Made by a program: the position numbers and the translations under genes. From Lobosporangium transversale (Eukaryota), in contig NW_019028991.1 of the NCBI RefSeq assembly GCF_002105155.1, positions 186,001-250,000 on the forward strand: DNA of 64,000 nt, in the 5' to 3' direction. This document shows positions 1 to 13,580 of this stretch, piece by piece. Each line of letters starts with the position of its first letter. Position 1 is the stretch's first letter. The notes beneath the pieces are model-generated. The model searched no databases, had not been told where the DNA came from, and saw nothing but the letters and a program-made list of their open reading frames with translations.

Positions 1-2492
1 TCTTTCACTCCCTCTCGTTATCAATCAAAATAAATAAAAGCTTGGACAAACAAGGGAAGGAAACATATTAAAATAGTTTAATAGCCTATGTGGCTATGGT
101 GAGCATGCTCTCTAAATCGACCCACTCCTCTCAGGAGGTCATACTTTTTTAGTGTCTGCCTCTTTTTTCCTTTTTCCCTTTTTCCCTAAATAAAAAAATA
201 AAAAAAAGGAAAATAATGTTCCAGTCCTTTGCCAATGGGTCATTCACTCATCATTGGAATGCTTAATGTCTACAATCATGGTATTGATGATGTGTCATTG
301 AGCTTTTTTTTTTTTTTTTTTTTTTTTTGTTGGTATACCCCCCTCTTTCTGTTTAAAATTTGATCCCTGTTTGCCGATGCTGATGCATTTCATTTTTCAT
401 TATGACCCGAAGTGTAATGATTGCATTTCATGATTGAATGAGAAAGGAGAAAAAAAAAAAAAAAAAATTAGGGAGATTAATACTGGGCGGGAAACGGTTC
501 GAAGAAAATAAGATGAGGGATTAGGGACAAGGAGACTAGAGTTCAATACTTATCGAGACATGCATCTACAAGGCAGCTGACATTGGAGTAAAAAAAAGAC
601 ACACGATTACACGATTACGCGAGTGTTTTTTTTTTTTTTTTTTTCTCTCAAAAAAAAAAAAAAAAAAAAAAAAAGGACTTCCACGCTAATGGCTGGAGTA
701 AATCGGTCCATGGGCAAGATATAAACGCGAATACGAAGCTAGTTTGCATTACATGAATATACTTACAAATACCACTGTTTCTTCCTAACCTGCCCCTCTG
801 GCTCTCTGTTTCGTTCCCTCTCTCCCCTTTACCCTGTTCTCTTTCGCCGCTTCTATGCTTCTGTCTTATTTTTACGCGCGAGTGAAATTAATTGTTTGTG
901 CAATCCACCGACAATTGTTATGCGCCGCATGGGCTTGAAGAACTGGTTGTGTTCTTGTTATCGTTCGTATTGAACTGAATTTTTTTTTTTTTTTTTTTTT
1001 TTTTCAATTGTTATTCTTACATTACTTGCATATTTGTATATATTATTCATTCATTCTCATAAAAGTCTAAACATATTGTGTTTTCCCACCTTGATTGGAA
1101 AGATCTTTAATGTCCATCTCGTAAACATGAGAATAATAATAATAGTATATAATATATAATAAATAATAAACGATAAATAAATAATAATAATAATAAAAAG
1201 ATTCAGTCAAGATATGTTTATACGAACTGGTCATGGTTCATTCATTATTATTGTTCTCTTCTTTTTTTTTGTTTATTACTTTGATCTTCGATTATATATA
1301 ATATTCATATACTTTTACTATTAATCTAACGCTTAATTAATAGCTCAATACATTATCAACAGATCTTTTAATATTTCACACGGGGGTTGATCAAGGAATA
1401 CCTCAGCTTCCTTTCACCCTCCTCTACTTCCAATGACTCGTAATTTATACTCTCTCAGGACGGAATATTAAGCATCCAAATAAAACAATTAAGTAATATA
1501 AAAAATAAAAAATAAAAAGAAACGCGTCTCTGTCTTGTCAATGCAATGCGTTTTGCTGTCATGACTAAAATGCTGATTTCGACAGTATAACTGTTTGATG
1601 AAAGAAAAACCTGCATTTTGCGACAGGCAACCGCAGATGCCAATGCCGTTTTTAACAAAACACACAGCTGCTTTTGCATTAAACTTTTTTTTGTTCTGGC
1701 CCAACATACGAATGTGGTTTGTGCATTATCGAAAAAAGGGAACACAAAAAGGACAGGAGGGTTGGGCGGGTTGTTGGGATGGTTGCACAAAAAAAAAGGC
1801 GACCATCAATTGTTTTTTTTTTTTTTTTTTTTTTTTTTTTTGGTATTTCAAGGGGTAAATTGTTAAAAAAAAAAAAAAAAAAAAAAAAGTCAGAGTGCAA
1901 GAGTATGAGCAGTGCAGGATCTGTTGATATTCACCTTTTTTTTTTTTTTTTTTTTTTTTTTGTGAAGGCTGCAGCATAAACGGCGGTGGGGGACCAGAAA
2001 AAGCCCACAAACCCATTGGTTAGTTTTTAATACTAAACTAAAAAAGATCGAAAGATATTGTGTACATGTTCATTGGAAATATAACAATTACATGAAAAAA
2101 AGAGATGATGGAGAGAGGAAGGATGGAAGGCAAGAAGGAAATTAAGGAACATGCGCAATGCAGGTTACCACTACCAGGAAGGACAGGCACCGTTGAGCAG
2201 AAGTGCTGCTCTCAGGTTCGTCAGTTGCTCTCTCTCTCACAATCAACACGACTTTATGTATTCGATTCCCCCTCTTTGCTCGAAAAAAAAAAAAAAAAAA
2301 AAAAAAAGCAAGTAACTAAAATACTGATGGGTCTATGATGTTTTCTTCTGGCCTTTGTGATTTCATGCTGCAAAGTTTTCATGTAATCTTATTTGGTGGC
2401 CGAGAATATTTTTGACAAAATCGCAGAGAGCAATCGCATCGCTTGTTGACACATTGATGTGCATCACAAAATAAATGATCGGACTAAAGCCC

Positions 2493-2523
<31 letters not shown>

Positions 2524-4398
2524 TCCAAGTTCTTTAAAAAAGTGCAGGATTGGTTGTGATAGAAGTTTTTTTTTTTTTTTCTGGTTGCATCATTTGATTG
2601 CTATGGATATCATTCGATCAAAACAGGTGGAAGAAAACAGGAACGATAAATGCACTCGAGGTGAACACAAAGCAAAGGAGATTAAAAAGACATCTTATGT
2701 AATGTTCGCACAAATGAGAGGAGTTAGAGGAACCTCGTCTGGATGCAGGAATGATGTGGCTAGCCTGAACAATATGACATAAAAAAATAAAATAAAATAA
2801 AATAAAGTGCGAGAGTGAGATCGACAATTGGGACGAGCATGAGTACGAGAAGGATATTGAAGAACAACGCGCGACAGTCATGTCTGTCTGTTGTCTTGTC
2901 TTGAATAAATATAATTGCCTGATGTTCAAGGTTGGATTGCAATGGATTCTCTTTTTATGTACTTTGTGTCGGTCTTCATCCTTGGACTGTCATCGCCTTG
3001 ACACCAGTTTTAGGACCTTCTTCCCAAAACGTATAGATAGACATCATAGACTAGAGGTCGAAATGGATAATAATAATTGTAAACAATATGGAAGCCCATT
3101 TAGTTGTATTCAATCACTCATGCATTAATTCATTCAGTTATGCCATAACTTTATTATGCCCAACACACAATGATACATTAAACATTTATTCAGCATGCAC
3201 AAAACCCATCTGTATAACTTTTTGCTTTGTTTTTTCCCTTACACACTTTTTTGCACATCCCCCCCCCTCTTTTCACTCTCTTTCACTCTTTCGCTCTCCC
3301 TCCTTTCTTTCTGTCTGCTCGGTCATAGCGCAGACTGCAAAAAAAAAAAAAAAAAAAAAAAGCGAGCCTCGGACCTTTTTTTAAAAATAATAATCCATTT
3401 ATTATATTCATATGCATTACAATTATAATTGTGTATTACAAGCATCTATCATAAGCAACCCTGTAACGAACACAGTCTTCTTTTCTTGTATAACACTGTT
3501 AAATAATGCCAATCCCAATGCTGGACTTGCTAAATGCCAAAAAAAAAAAATTGCGAAGCCTTCATTGCCCCATCTCCTCCTCTTTTTATTCACCTCTTTC
3601 TCTTCTCTTCTTCTCTTTTCTTTTCATTGTATTCGCCGCTAATAAATCCCTCCCCCAACTCACCTTCCTCCTCCCTCATAGACCCTCATTCATACTTTGA
3701 AAAGAGCCCTTGGACTTTGTCTCTCTATCTGAATACCCTTCTCCTTCTCTTTTTTTTTTTTTCTCTTTATTCCTGTCATTCACATCGTTCGTACAATCCC
3801 CACTTTCTCCTTCATCAAACGCCATTTGTGTTCCTCTACCGCAACTCTTCACCCTGACCTCATTAAACTTCTATTCCGGTAAAGATCTAATCCATTTCTC
3901 TGTACTCTTACTCATCCTCCAACAAGAGAAAGAAAGAAAAAATTAGTAATAAAGGGAAAAACACCCAGCATAAAGTCGTGTTGGTCCCTGCTTCCTTTTC
4001 CTTCAAAGTACAAGTTACACCAATGCTGTATTTTACATTGCAAGTGTTACATTTGTTACATTGTACCCTTTTTTTCTTTTCTTTCCTACTCTGACAAGGG
4101 TGTACAACACTTCATTGCCGCATGCAGCAGAAATGCACTTTATTTCTTTGAGCTTGCTGCTAATCTTACATTTCATGGTGTCATGGTATCATGGATATCC
4201 ATGAGTCCTATTTTGACTTTTTTTTTTTTTTTTTGTTTAACTCTCGATGGCATTGCTCGTGATCGACCAAGATCACGCTCCCATCAGTCTATTCATTTAA
4301 CATTCCAAAGGTTGGCTGAACTGAGAAAGTGTAATTTGCAGAGTGGAAGTCCACCTGCCGGTTTCGAGCAATGAGATGGGATAAAAAGTGTCGCCTCC

Positions 4399-4440
<42 letters not shown>

Positions 4441-5119
4441 CTCCATAATCTTCATGGCTGTTCATTTCCACAATCTTTTCCCTTTTTTAAAAAAGTTACA
4501 ATTCCCCTTGTTTCCCTTTCATTTCCAAAAGCTTATTCAACATTAACATCGCCTCCTTCTGTTTAAAAATGAATGATTTCTAGTACTTTTAGTACTGTAC
4601 ACTCCCCCCTTCCCACTTTCTGCTCTCTTCTGTTTTTTTTTTATATATATACTCCCTGTCCCCTTTCGCTGTGCTGTTGTTGATCTACTTGTTTCTTCTC
4701 ATGATACTTATCTGATATTAATTCATTACTTTTATTTTCAATTAGCTTCATCTCACACCCTCTTTTTTGGCTTTGCACCACCTCTTTTTAATTTGTAGTT
4801 GTTCGAGCTTTTTTCTTTTCTTCGAAAAGCCTTGAGTATAAACATTACCTCCACTCTGTCTCTGCAACCCTATCTCTGTCCTAACGGATTCCGACAGAGA
4901 ATTACAGCAAGATTACCATTACTCCCTCTTTAATCGTCAATCAGCTCGTCTTGAAGGTAAGCATCTTGACGACAGTAGATGGATCTACATCCACTCCTAT
5001 TTTCAAAAAGAAAACAAACTAATGTAGCAGAAATCATAGTAAAGCAAGAATGCAGAAATTCAGACCAAAGCACTGTCACTGTCTTTGCCCATCGGCCCCT
5101 GACCGATAAGGTCATGGCC

Positions 5120-5154
<35 letters not shown>

Positions 5155-5745
5155 GGTGAACTTAGTGGAAATCGACTCCACGGAGCAATGATGGATCAAC
5201 CGATTTTTCATTTTGATTGACTACGCCTGATATCATCAACGGTCCCACTTCCACCAGTATATTCGTTCTTGTTTGAATCCTTCTCGATTTCATAATCCAT
5301 ACAATTGACTTCCACTTCCACTCTGTCAGCCTTTCTCTCCTAATGTAGAGTCTTGAATAAAACTCTTCTTCACCAACTGCAATCCTCGACACCATTCTAC
5401 TCCTCTAATTCCTCATGAATGGCCTGTTCACAAACTTACCTATGACTTTCCTTCTTTTTGCTCCTCCAGAGAATCTTCTAGGCTTTTGACTCTCTTTACT
5501 CCCTATCTTGTCAGTATTTTTGACGCTCACTCTTCGAGCCGTGCACATTAAAGACACATCTCGACGGCAAGCAACAAGCCCCGCTGCCTACCTCACTCTT
5601 TTCTTCTAGCGCAACCGTCTGCTCTGTCTCAGCGCATTCGTCTGTGCAGGCCAGAAACACCCACAGACAAAGTCGCTCACGCAGTTGTAGTCGTCGTCGC
5701 AGCCCTAATCTAGGCTCCTTTCAGAAACAATATCGACCATTGACT

Positions 5746-8377
5746 ATGAGTGGCCCAGACCAGGCTCAAACTGTAGAGGCAACCGAAGGCCATGAGCGCA
5801 AGCGTCAGCAAAGTCAATCCCGAATTCGGATCCCTGATTTACTATGCTCCATTGAAGCTGCCGAGCCACCTAAAGCTGCGCCTTGGGAGTCACCCCGTAC
5901 TGAGGCCGTCCATCTTGAAGGACTTTCAAACACGAATGTTCATTCGTCACCATCGCTACGCTCACCATCAAGGCAATCGAGGTCTTGGCAGTACAGTGAC
6001 GAGCGCCGTGGCAGCTATTATGAGCATAATGGACAATCAGATATGAGATCGTATCGAGAGCAAGCCTCCTCCTCCCCAGTACCTCCAACTTCAACTCATA
6101 CAGCCTCAATAAGAACCCCAATCCACAGTAGTCCTCGCGATATATGTGAATCTCAGCTTCATCTCAGTGCTTCTAGTAGTAATACATCTAATTCTGATAT
6201 ACCAGACTTCGCCCATCCAGCGCGGCGCAATTTCCCATTGGTAGAAAGGAGAGATTCAGGCCTAGGGCGACGGGAGACTGACATTCGAGAGCCTGGAAAC
6301 TCACCACGCGATCAGCACTATAGTTCAGTCAGTCGCGATCCTTTGTTACGGAACGCGCCAGGAGAGCATAACTCTCCATTTTCAACACCACCGTTGACAT
6401 CCTCAACTGGGGGCTATTTTACACCACGGCCTACATCCTCGAGTCAACGTTCTGCATCGCTACACACGGTGCACTACCAGGATAATTGCCATCCATATGA
6501 CGTAGACCAGAGACCTAGAACAGATCGATCAAAGAGCGACTTTGCACTTCATCAACAAAACTATGGTCCATACTTGGATGCATCGCCTCCATTAGCTCCA
6601 GCCCCGCTGTTCCAGCCCAGAAAGGCCTCTATGCCCGGCCCACAGGACCAACGTTTACAGCATAGCCCACCCACGCCTCAGTCTGCACCTTTGTATTCAA
6701 ACGCATCTTATCTTCATGAGCAGGGCGTGCCATCATATTCTACCGAATATAACAGAGTCTACTCACCATCGCAAGCACCCAGGCATTCCTTTCAAGGCGA
6801 ATCAAGGCGAGCAAGTCAAGGAATTATTTTACCACCGCCTGAGGTTAGCTACAAAAGAGCTTGTTTGTTAAAAGCACCGTAACTGCGCGAGCTAACTTTT
6901 ATATTATATATTATTCTGTCGTTTTTAGTCTCTCCACCATTCTCCCGAGTCAAGAAAGCCTGCGCGTATTTATGGCCTTGATGCTGCAGATACTCCTTCA
7001 AGACCTCCGCTAGCGCCTTCAGCTTCATATGGCTCGAAGCCTTTGCATGACATACCCGATGGATCTGAAACAGCCTATGCCCGTAGGTCTTCCATTCAGA
7101 GTTTATCTGATACTGGACATCGTCAGATGCGGGAATCTGCTCATCGTTACAATACCTATCCTTATGACCATCGCCCTTCCTCGTCGTCTCCTCTAGCCTC
7201 GGATCAAGATTACAGGTCTTTTCGTTATCAAATGAGACCCATTGATCGTCCGCAATATGACTATTCTCCTCGTGATGAAAACTTAAGGAACCCTTCAGCA
7301 GTCCCAGACACGCATGCATCTCAAATCCCCTCAGAAACTCGGCCATACTCTCCTGGGTCGGAGCCTTCACCACCCATTTGGTATCAGCAATATGCGCATG
7401 CTGTTCCAAACAAATCTCAGTCTCGGCTCCAACCCCAATCAAGGTCTTCATTTTCTCATGTAGATCCCCACGGCTATGCAGCTACAGCCAGGAGGGAATC
7501 GGGATATGCAGCGACAAGACATTTATATCCTCAGCGCGCACTCTCCCCGGAGAATAGACCATCTTCCAGATCTTCCATATCGGCGCCTGGTCCTTCTACA
7601 CCGACTGCGGAGAGTGATCCGTATGTCTATGGACATTCGGTACAGATGCAACGACCAAGAGCGGCAATTAATACCACTACTGCTGCTGCCAACCATTCTG
7701 TCCATCCGTTTGACATTCCGGCGCCAGAGCTAGCTTCGACTCCAACGTCCAAATCTGGGACTAAGCGCCAGCATGGGCAAGATGATCCATTTATCCCAGA
7801 AGATGGAGTCAAGGCCAAGCGCAAGCGCGCCAATGCAGAGCAGCTACAAGTTCTCAACGCTGCATTCGAGAAATCATATTTTCCTTCGACTGAGGAACGT
7901 CTTCGTTTGTCGAAGCAAACAAAGATGTGCCCACGAACGGTCCAAATCTGGTTCCAAAACAAGCGACAGAGCGTCAAGGCACGGTCAGAAGCTATGGATG
8001 CAGCTATGGCGCGCCGCCGCAGCTCACAAGCTGCAGCCTTGGACCGTACGCGTGCAGCCGTGATGGAGGAGCAGTCAAAGAGAAGTAGATCGCAAGATGA
8101 GAGCGCTAACGGTCGTTCGTCTCAACACTACCATCACACTCAATCACGCGACCAACAACAGCAACTATATTCTTCACATATGCCCTTACATTCGCAACAT
8201 CAACCCCCTCATGGACAAAACATGCCACATGCAGGAGAGAAGCGACGCAATTCAGGGCCATTGACTCCTTCCGATGTGATCATGGATACGTTTCATATGC
8301 AACTTGATGACCAAGATAATTACTTTTCTCGGAAACGGCGTGCAACAGTTGCACAAATCGAACATAATGGCCATTGA
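5746..8377 (+). CDS. Homeodomain transcription factor (Yox1/Yhp1-like), ~848 aa; exons 5746-6843, 6929-8377
   Basis: Homeodomain KAKRKRANAEQLQVLNAAFEKSYFPSTEERLRLSKQTKMCPRTVQIWFQNKRQ near the C-terminus. A GTTAGC...GCTAAC...TTTAG intron (6844-6928) joins ORFs 5644-6882 and 7043-8377 in frame. The rest is Ser/Pro-rich and low complexity. Confidence 0.88.
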
Positions 8378-8628
8378 GTTTTTTAAAAGAAAAAAAAAAA
8401 AAAAATTCTAGTTTAATAGCCTGGTGTTTTTGTTCCTTTTTAGTTCCCGCAACCCTTTCAATTCTTTCCTCCTTTCCTTTTGTTATGACTAATCTGTGAT
8501 ATGTTCTCCTGTACAGTATTTGACCAAGAAAAGCGCCTCTGTGAATATGACCACCTTCTATACTTCCTTCCTAGTACTTTATCTTTTCTTTAATATATAT
8601 AATCAATTTAATGCCTAAAAATGAGAAA

Positions 8629-8656
8629 CACGTCGCGTGTAAATTAACGCGCGTAA
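8629..8656 (+). promoter_or_regulatory. MCB-like CGCG elements upstream of the GCP3 gene
   Basis: GTCGCGTG and AACGCGCGTA lie ~100-130 bp upstream of the ATG in AT-rich DNA; they resemble MBF (ACGCGT) G1/S sites. Confidence 0.35.
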
Positions 8657-8757
8657 TGTGGCTTATCAGATTGAACCAAAACCAATTTGGGATGGATTCC
8701 TGGCTTCTGCATTTTAATTAATGTCGCTATTGCAGATTCCATTGGCTAGACAAACAA

Positions 8758-11700
8758 ATGGAGAATTCTAATCTAGTTGAGCAGGCTGTCGAAGCGCTTG
8801 TCAAGCTTATACTATTGCAAGATGGGAAGCACACTAGTGATTACATGGACTTGGACCATGATCTGGATGGAAATAATGTTCAGAGTGGTTATACCTTAAA
8901 AGGTATTATGGACCAAGAAGCTAGAATAAATGCTGTACAAGAATATTGCCTCAGGATCTTGGGCAGGTACTAGATAGGCTCAACAGCAAAAACCAACAAG
9001 CAAGATTGCCGATACTACATATCAATTTCTTATGAGCTCAGATCTGACCTCTCCATTTGCATATTTATCAATTTCTTTTTTTTTATACACATGTAGTCGT
9101 ATAGCGCCTTCACTAGTGTCAGACGATGTCCACATCTCGGATCTTATCAAGAAGAAACGTAAGCGAACAGTAGTGAAGGAAGCCCGAAAGCTTAAGCAAA
9201 GATGATTGTAGATAACTGGAAAAGTTGCGGAAGAAATTTAAACTCTGACAAACGCCAATCATTGTATGTTAAAAAAAACCCTAGTCATGCGTGAGGACCC
9301 GTCGGCAACAAAAGCCATTCGATTCTCGCATCTCTTTACCAAATTATCTGCATGTGTAAGGCCAAGGTCCATGAAAGCTTTGCCTATGGGACATTCGCCG
9401 TACAATAGATTGATTATTTCACTCACTTATCTCTTCTCCCTCTTTTTTTTTTTTTTTTTTTTTTTTTTGCCAATCCTGCTCTGTTTTCTTTGTGGATTGT
9501 CTAATTAAGTCTGTACTGCATAAAAAATGGTCCATTCTGTATTTTCTCCTCGCCCTCAGTGATCAGACTTCATCTTTCTCATTAGTAGGATCAGGATCAG
9601 CCATAGAAAGTCGTTCTGACAATCAACCTCTTTCATATCTTGGACTGCATAATCTGGATACAGCGCATATACGGAATCGAGGGCGCAATAGCGCACAAAA
9701 ATTGGATACAGTGCATTCCCCGAGACATGAATCTATGCATACTACGCCTATGTCTCCAGCGGATGTCAGGAATGCATTTACAGCTACAGCTCCGGCTTCA
9801 GTTTCAGAAAAAGAAGCTAGGTCATCCATGTACACGAACTTGTTGAATGACCGGATTCAGAGATCTGAACTCGAGGTTGAAGAATCTGCGTTACTTCGAG
9901 ATTTGATATTTGTTTTTCAAGGGATCGACGGCAAGATGATCAAATTTGGCACGGAGTCGGGGACATGCTCAATTGATCCATCCGTAAGTCCTCCCTTTTC
10001 TTTTTTCTTTTTTCTTTTTTCTTTTTGCAGTCACTTAGTTGCAGCATTGAGAGTACATAGACCTTATGAGCAGTCTTTTTTTTTTTTTTTTTTTTTTCCT
10101 TGTTCCTCTAGATAAATGTATCTAATTCAACTAGAAGTCTTGTTAATCGATTGACCGAGCTGGGATGGTTATACAAAAAGATAAACTCATATGTTCATAA
10201 CACTTTAAAAGAAGGAACCGCAGGACTAGTCGGCCAGGTAATTAACCTTTTTATTTTTTATTTATTTTATTTATTTTTTGTTGACAAGCTATGGTATAAG
10301 GTCAATCAAGTAAAGTTTGACTTTTTTTTTTTTTTTTTTTTTGATTAAAACAGAGTTTTTGTTCTGCACTCCAACATGAACTCGTTGACTACTTTCGGTT
10401 GATTGCAGTGTTGGAGGCCCATATTGCCAAGGAAACTGACCATGATATGTCAAAGGGGCTGACTCTTAAGAGACTCCTTGTATGGACTCAGGAATCATTA
10501 CAACGGCTGCGACTCATGTCAGTGCTGGTAGAGTGTTGTCACGGTATGTTTTCTACTCTTCCACATACTTTAAAGCCTTGTCGCAATAGTCTGCTTTTTT
10601 TTTTTTTTTTTTTTTTTTTTGTTTATTTGTCTCTATCAATCAGGCTAACCATATCTGTTAATGATCTGTATCTTTAGACCTTCAAGGGGGAGCCTTAGTA
10701 TCTATGGTACATGATTATACACAGCACGGAGACCCACTCATCCAGCAGTTTATCCATCATATGCTTGAGCGCATTTCGGCACCTTTTTATGTAATGATGC
10801 AAAGATGGATTTATGAGGGCGAGCTAGAGGATCCACGAACAGAGTTTTTTATTGCGCTTGATCCTGAATGCGAGGAAGAAGATATGTGGCAGCGCAAATA
10901 CTTTATTCGTGAGAAAATGCTGCCTGCGTTCATTGGAATGTCCTTGGCAAAAAAGGTAAATGTTAGCTAGTACCATTTGTTATTAGCCATGGCTCACTCT
11001 CGTTTCTGTAGTTATTGACAGAGTTTTTTTTTATTATTTGGACAGATTCTTTCTATCGGGAAATCACTTAATTTCCTAAGGCATATGTGCAATGATGCAG
11101 ACTGGGTACAGCAACATCATGGCGTGGGAAAAAGTAAGCGACTTTTTTTTTTTTTTTTTTTTTTTTGTGCTATGCACGAGTACGATCTCCTATTTGATGA
11201 CTTATTTTATAACATTTTTCGCATTGTTTAATTCGTAACACTAAATGGATGGATGACTTGTTTGGACCAGCTCTAAGGTATGGCGACATTGCAGAATTGG
11301 AGGGATTCATTGACGCTGCTTATATCGAGACCAGCCAGCGCCTGCTTCATTTATTAGTCACAAAGTTCAAGCTATTGGACCATCTTACGGCGATCAAACG
11401 ATACATTCTCCTCGGTCAAGGCGATTTTATTCAGCACTTGATGGAGTCACTTGGGTAAACGAGGTGCAAGCCATAAAAAACTAATAACGTGTTCTCGTGT
11501 TCTCGTAAACTGCATTCGGGTTTCGCAAACTAATGACGCTATATACTTTTTCGACCTATGCTTCGATTTTTCTCCTTTTTTGACGCGACTATCGTTGAAT
11601 ACGCCAGATCTAATCTTTCGCAGCCTGCGAATACGCTATTTCGGCACAATTTGACTGGAACATTGGAAACAGCTGTTAGGGGCTCGAATGCACAATTCGA

Positions 11701-11947
11701 TGATCCGGACGTTCTGCGCCGCCTTGACGTTCGCTTGTTGGAAATTTCACCGGGAGACAGTGGGTGGGATGTCTTTTCACTTGACTACCATGTGGATTCT
11801 CCTATCAACACCATCTTAACGCCAGTAGCCATGCACCAATATCTGAAAATGTTTAATTTCCTGTGGCGTCTCAAAAGGGTCGAGTATGCACTTTCCTCCG
11901 CGTGGAGACGCCAGACGACGAGCGCCAGAGCGGTCCGACCTATTCTT

Positions 11948-11984
<37 letters not shown>

Positions 11985-12970
11985 GATAGGCGCGTTATAG
12001 AGGATGGGGCAGAGTGGATAGAATTAAATGCGCAGAAGAATGATATGCACAAGTACGATTTCAAATGTACCTGGTCAGGGGTTTGTTGGCCTTTCCATTT
12101 TTGATCATTCCGTAATCAATTGCGGTGAAAGAAAAGGGAGCGGAGATTCTTCTGTTGAACAAAAAATGTTGGCGTTATTTAGTCACTCTATCAACTTATA
12201 GTGCGCGCATAAACATGCTCGTGTACCTTCGCATTATGTATTCCTAACTCTTTTTTTTTTTTTTTTTTTTTTTTGTATCCATAGAACTCGTACCGGAGCT
12301 GCATCGGTGCCGGATTGTGTGTAGTGAAATGATCCATTTCGTCTATCAGCTCCAATACTACATCCTTTTCGAAGTGCTTGAGTGCTCGTGGGATGAACTC
12401 GTAAAGACCATTGGGAACAAGACCACGGATCTAGACTCATTGATCGAAGCTCATACCAAGTATCTGCGAGACGTAACCTCCAAGGGCCTTCTGTCCGCTT
12501 CTCATGACGTAAACATGATGTCGCGTCTGTTGGAGCTCCTGGCTACGATCCTGGACTACAAGGTTGCTCAAGACAACTTGTACAACTATGCGCTGGCCGA
12601 GATTGAGCGTCGAGCACGTTTGGCTCAAGCTGCTGAACGGAGGACGCGCCTCGGTCAATGGGGTCTCACGGATCATGATGAGGCATTGGATAAGATCCCT
12701 GAAGATCACTTTAACGAGATTGTACCAGGCTTGTTAAGGACTCTAAATGAGTTTTCAATGCAGTTCAAACGTGGCCTGTCAGAGCTTCTGATTACGCTCT
12801 CAGCAGACGGAGATTCAGATCTTCGTTTCTTGAGTGTCCGATTAGACTTTAATGAGTTTTACATGGGAACATTGAATGTTATTGGCCATAGCAATAGAAA
12901 GGCCACAACAAATGCAGTAGCAACACCATCAACAGCCCTTGCAGCACTCTCGACTTCTGCTTTAAGGTAG
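8758..12970 (+). CDS. SPC98: Gamma-tubulin complex component 3 (Spc98/Alp6/GCP3), ~902 aa; exons 8758-8966, 9097-9158, 9285-9355, 9510-9983, 10112-10237, 10354-10543, 10678-10955, 11046-11133, 11271-11454, 11608-11948, 12285-12970
   Basis: Motifs [85 protein letters not shown]. All ten GT-AG introns keep the frame (2709 nt total). Confidence 0.93.
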
Positions 12971-13369
12971 ATTGGTCGAGGAAAGCAAGTATATAGTGTA
13001 AAATATAAAACTAATACCATAAACTTCCACATACATCTCTTCGTCTACAGCATTACATACGAGCTAATGGGCGTTATCAAAAAAAATCTTTTTACGAGAT
13101 CAAAAGTATCTGATGCATGGATGGTGCGGCCAATGATTGTCTGGGCTCTAAGAGTTCTATTCATTCACCTTCTTTTTTGTATTTCTATTCACTCCCTTGG
13201 CTTTTAAGCTAATGATCTATTGATTCTAAACGATAACACTGTGCAGCATTTGTATTTTATGCAACTCATCTCGCAGCCTTCTAATGAGATAAAAAAATGT
13301 GCTGTCTGCGGGTCGGAAAGTCCTTTACGAAAAATCTCTGCCAAACTATACCAGGTGTGGATAAAATAG

Positions 13370-13400
<31 letters not shown>

Positions 13401-13580
13401 GACTAAGTAATGACTGAACAGAAAGAATAAAAGAGAAAAGTAAGTGAGGAGTATAAAAAGGCCTTAGGGATCGGCCATGCCTAACATTCATTGCATCTCT
13501 CCATTCTCATTACACTTTCTTTTTGTTCATCACTCCTAAAAGTATTTTGAGATTGCAAAAAAAAAAAAAAAAAAAAAAAA

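Noticed and set aside
1455..5395. Many 60-110 aa ORFs with poly-Lys or poly-Phe
   Set aside because: Translations of A/T homopolymers with no coding signal.
6849..7451. 200 aa minus-strand ORF
   Set aside because: Antisense to exon 2 of the homeobox gene, with no recognisable motif.
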